From: an uncultured virus (IMG/VR IMGVR_UViG_3300027573_000022)
Taxonomy: Duplodnaviria; Heunggongvirae; Uroviricota; Caudoviricetes
DNA: 36,966 nt
Virus record (IMG/VR): IMGVR_UViG_3300027573_000022
Direction: 5' to 3' (one strand)
Part shown: positions 34,420-36,966 of the stretch, piece by piece
Layout: each line of letters begins with the position of its first letter
Position numbering within the stretch: the stretch's first letter is position 1
The notes under the pieces: generated by a model
The model's input: only the letters and a program-made list of their open reading frames with translations
The model's database searches: none
Told to the model about the DNA's origin: nothing
Made by a program: the position numbers and the translations under genes

Positions 34420-35312
34420 TCCTGTACCTGTGTGCGGACGGCGTGTCGTGGGGGCAGCAGACTCGCGCGGTCGCCATGTGCCGGCAGATGAAGCGCATGG
34501 GCGTCGAACCCATCATCGTCGTCCCCCAGGTGCTGACGCCCGGGCCGCTGGCCGAGTACCCACGGCACGTCGCGCGACCGACGTGGACGTGGCCCGGACT
34601 CTTCGAGGAGTTCGAGCCCGATGCGGTCGTCGCCGACGCGCAGCCGTGGGGCACGTACTCCCCGGCGTGGTCGGCGGCGATGAACCGGTTCACGGGTCGC
34701 AAGGTGTTCGTGCGACGCACGTATCAGGAGCACAAGGAGGCGGAGATCGACCTGTGGATCGGTCTGCTTGCATACGACGCCGTCGTCAGCTCGGAACCCG
34801 GGTGCCTCATCCGTGACGCGGACGAGTTGATCCCCCGGCATCGCGTGCGGCAGCAGCTGGGTGTGCGAACCGATGAGGTTGCGGTGCTGGTGGGTGTCAC
34901 ACCTCGGGCCGACGCCCGGGATCCCTTTCGGGCGTGGGTCCGCGGTGCGACGCGGGGAACGCGGACGCGGCTGATCGAGGTAAGTCACTGGCCGCTGCTC
35001 GAGACGCTGCACGGGTTCGACGCCGCCATCATCACGGGTGGGCAGATCGCGCACGAGTGTCGCATCACGGGTCTCCCATTCGTCGCGGTTCCCGTGAACT
35101 CGGGTGAGGCTCGCCGGGTGGGACACCGGCCCGATCCCGCGTGGATGCGGGAGTGGGTCGATCGCGTCACACTACGCACCGAACCCATTCACTACGTGAA
35201 CCCGGCGGTTCAGATGGCCCGCGACGTCCTCGATGCGTGTAGGGGTACGGTTCCGTCACCCGGGGCGAACGGGGCCACGGAGGATGCTACGGCCGCCGCG
35301 ATCGAGGTATAG
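34413..35312 (+). CDS. putative GT-B glycosyltransferase
   Basis: GVSWGQQTRAVAM, FEPDAVVAD, FDAAIITGG..AHECRITGLPFVAVP. Confidence 0.7.
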   Translation: MLILYLCADGVSWGQQTRAVAMCRQMKRMGVEPIIVVPQVLTPGPLAEYPRHVARPTWTWPGLFEEFEPDAVVADAQPWGTYSPAWSAAMNRFTGRKVFVRRTYQEHKEAEIDLWIGLLAYDAVVSSEPGCLIRDADELIPRHRVRQQLGVRTDEVAVLVGVTPRADARDPFRAWVRGATRGTRTRLIEVSHWPLLETLHGFDAAIITGGQIAHECRITGLPFVAVPVNSGEARRVGHRPDPAWMREWVDRVTLRTEPIHYVNPAVQMARDVLDACRGTVPSPGANGATEDATAAAIEV

Positions 35313-35319
35313 TCGCCAC
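35306..35319 (+). promoter_or_regulatory. -10 promoter candidate (leaderless)
   Basis: GG-TATAGT-CGCCAC-GTG 35320. Confidence 0.55.
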
Positions 35320-35727
35320 GTGTCGGAGATCGAGGTACGCACCGAGGTCGAGGAGGTTCTGCGCCGGGCGCAAGATCGTCTCGTCAAGATCGTGCCGAAC
35401 GCGCTTGGCGTCATCGAGCAACTACTCGATGCGCCCGACGACAAGGTTCGCCTCGCCGCCGCGAAGGACATTCTCGACCGTGCCGGGCTCACGGCCCGGG
35501 TCAAGGTCGAGGGCGAGTTCACCGTCACGATGGATGATGAGATCGAGCGGCTGCTGACGCGGCTTGCCCGGCCCGAACCCGTGATCGACCTCGAGGACGA
35601 CGACGTCGTCGAGGTCGAGGAGGAAGATGTGGACGAGTCACCGGCTCTCCACAACCGCTCCTACATCTTCCCGATGCCACCCGAGGAGCAACCCATTACA
35701 ACCGAAAGGACCACCGTGCATGAGTGA
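35320..35727 (+). CDS. possible terminase small subunit
   Basis: ALGVIEQLLD...VRLAAAKDILDRAG...KVE helical motif with acidic tail; large subunit not in window. Confidence 0.55.
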   Translation: MSEIEVRTEVEEVLRRAQDRLVKIVPNALGVIEQLLDAPDDKVRLAAAKDILDRAGLTARVKVEGEFTVTMDDEIERLLTRLARPEPVIDLEDDDVVEVEEEDVDESPALHNRSYIFPMPPEEQPITTERTTVHE

Positions 35728-36205
35728 CATCGAGAAGGCCGTCGAGGGCGGCGCCGAGTTCACCGCAAACCAGCAGGCGCAGGCCGCCCAGGAAGCGGCC
35801 GATGAGGCGGCGCGCGCGGCTGCGGCCGCGACCCCGTGTGACACATCCGACGACGGCATCCGCAGTCGCGGCGGCTACATGCTGAACGACCCGCAGTGGA
35901 CACCCGGCGGACCGTGGGGCGGACTCCCGCCCGAGGAGATGGAGACCGAGCAGAACCGGCGCTACGCGATCGTCGAGATGATGAAGACGGGAACGGCGTT
36001 CGGCTTCACCAAGGACTTCTCCTCGCTGGATCCGTTCGCCACCGACCTGGGTGGTTACTTCCCCGCGTCGCAGGCCGGTCGCGCAAACCTCGAGGCACGT
36101 GAGGGTGACGCCCGGTTGAACTACGCGATGGATGTGGGCAACCAGCTCGCGACCTGCCTCGCCGACCCGGCGTTCTACGTCGCGTCCATCGCCGACGCGG
36201 GGTAG
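35720..36205 (+). CDS. hypothetical protein
   Basis: MSDIEKAV after GAAAGGA; followed by strong hairpin. Confidence 0.7.
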   Translation: MSDIEKAVEGGAEFTANQQAQAAQEAADEAARAAAAATPCDTSDDGIRSRGGYMLNDPQWTPGGPWGGLPPEEMETEQNRRYAIVEMMKTGTAFGFTKDFSSLDPFATDLGGYFPASQAGRANLEAREGDARLNYAMDVGNQLATCLADPAFYVASIADAG

Positions 36206-36213
36206 GAAGGGTT

Positions 36214-36255
36214 GTGGGGGTCCCGGGTCGCTTCGCACCTCCCCGGGACCCCCAC
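36214..36255. terminator. 14-bp GC-rich hairpin between convergent genes
   Basis: GTGGGGGTCCCGGG-N14-CCCGGGACCCCCAC; no U-tract. Confidence 0.7.
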
Positions 36256-36256
36256 C

Positions 36257-36412
36257 TCACCGCGGTCCGGTAAGAGGTAGGCCGGGACCAACGACCGGTT
36301 GGACGGGGCGGGGGAGGTAGGCGGTGATGAGGTGCCGCACGAGGATGAATCCTACGAAGAGTAGAAGGCCGAGGACGAAGAGGGTAAGCAAGTCGCGGTA
36401 TACCTGCCTCAT
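36257..36412 (-). CDS. small membrane protein
   Basis: MRQVYRDLLTLFVLGLLLFVGFIL; ATGA coupling. Confidence 0.55.
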   Translation of the reverse strand: MRQVYRDLLTLFVLGLLLFVGFILVRHLITAYLPRPVQPVVGPGLPLTGPR

Positions 36413-36696
36413 TCTTCGGTGAAGGTGTCGTAGCGGCGGACGGCGACGGCGAGCTTGTGGCTGTACCCCGTCTCGATCAGGGTGTCGATGTTGACGTTCT
36501 GTTCCCAAGCCCGCGCGGCGGCGATGATGTCGTCGATCAGCTCGGCGGGCATGAACGCGGCGGCGAACTCGGCGTCGTCGAACTGGACCACAGTGTCTGG
36601 GCCGAGACGTATGAACCACGGCCAGACCTCATCGAACCCAGGGTCACGTTCGGCGTCGAGCGGTGCGACGGGACGCACCTTGCGGGCGTCAGTCAT
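36409..36696 (-). CDS. hypothetical protein
   Basis: MTDARKVRP..., acidic; start uncertain. Confidence 0.55.
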   Translation of the reverse strand: MTDARKVRPVAPLDAERDPGFDEVWPWFIRLGPDTVVQFDDAEFAAAFMPAELIDDIIAAARAWEQNVNIDTLIETGYSHKLAVAVRRYDTFTEE

Positions 36697-36901
36697 CGGC
36701 ATCACACAGGTCTTCGATGGCGAAGCCATTTGGCCCCTCCTTCGCTCGGGTGGCGTCATGCGCAGCCGATGCCTGCCTGAGATAGTCAAGAGCGCCGGGG
36801 TACATACCTGCGCTGTGAGCAATGGCGAAGTTGACTGCGTCGGCGAGCCGGTCGGCGTCCGCACGCGCCGCGTCACGAGCGGCTTCAATGCCTTCGATCA
36901 C
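36689..36901 (-). CDS. hypothetical protein
   Basis: 70-aa Ala-rich ORF, GGGAG upstream. Confidence 0.55.
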   Translation of the reverse strand: MIEGIEAARDAARADADRLADAVNFAIAHSAGMYPGALDYLRQASAAHDATRAKEGPNGFAIEDLCDADD

Positions 36902-36966
36902 TCCCGCGAGGTAATGGGCGATCTTGTCGCGCTCAGCCCCACCCTCGTCGCAGAGGCGGCGGGTAG

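Overview
High-GC tailed-phage DNA (siphovirus-like, actinobacterial host; some proteins resemble my recollection of Acidimicrobiia proteins). Plus-strand virion genes (tail tube, head-associated protein, tail completion, frameshifted tail chaperone, tape measure, minor tail proteins, glycosyltransferase, possible small terminase) are interleaved with minus-strand cassettes of small accessory genes. Five cassettes start at a near-identical TTGACA-N16-TATAAT-N6-ATG leaderless promoter, and four of these sit back-to-back with a -10-only plus-strand promoter. The standout locus (21200-23550, minus) is a Ro60/Rsr (TROVE+vWA) gene preceded by a tandem array of five Y-RNA-like ncRNAs: two full permuted tRNA mimics, one degenerate mimic and two without a tRNA domain. 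A boxA-like motif and hairpin leader precede the array. Other recognisable genes: peptide deformylase, sigma-region-4 HTH protein, Pol-beta nucleotidyltransferase, PNK-type HAD phosphatase, HicA-like protein, ThyX, LPxTG surface protein, DUF2786 plus HEXXH pair. All family calls are by eye from motifs; no searches were run.
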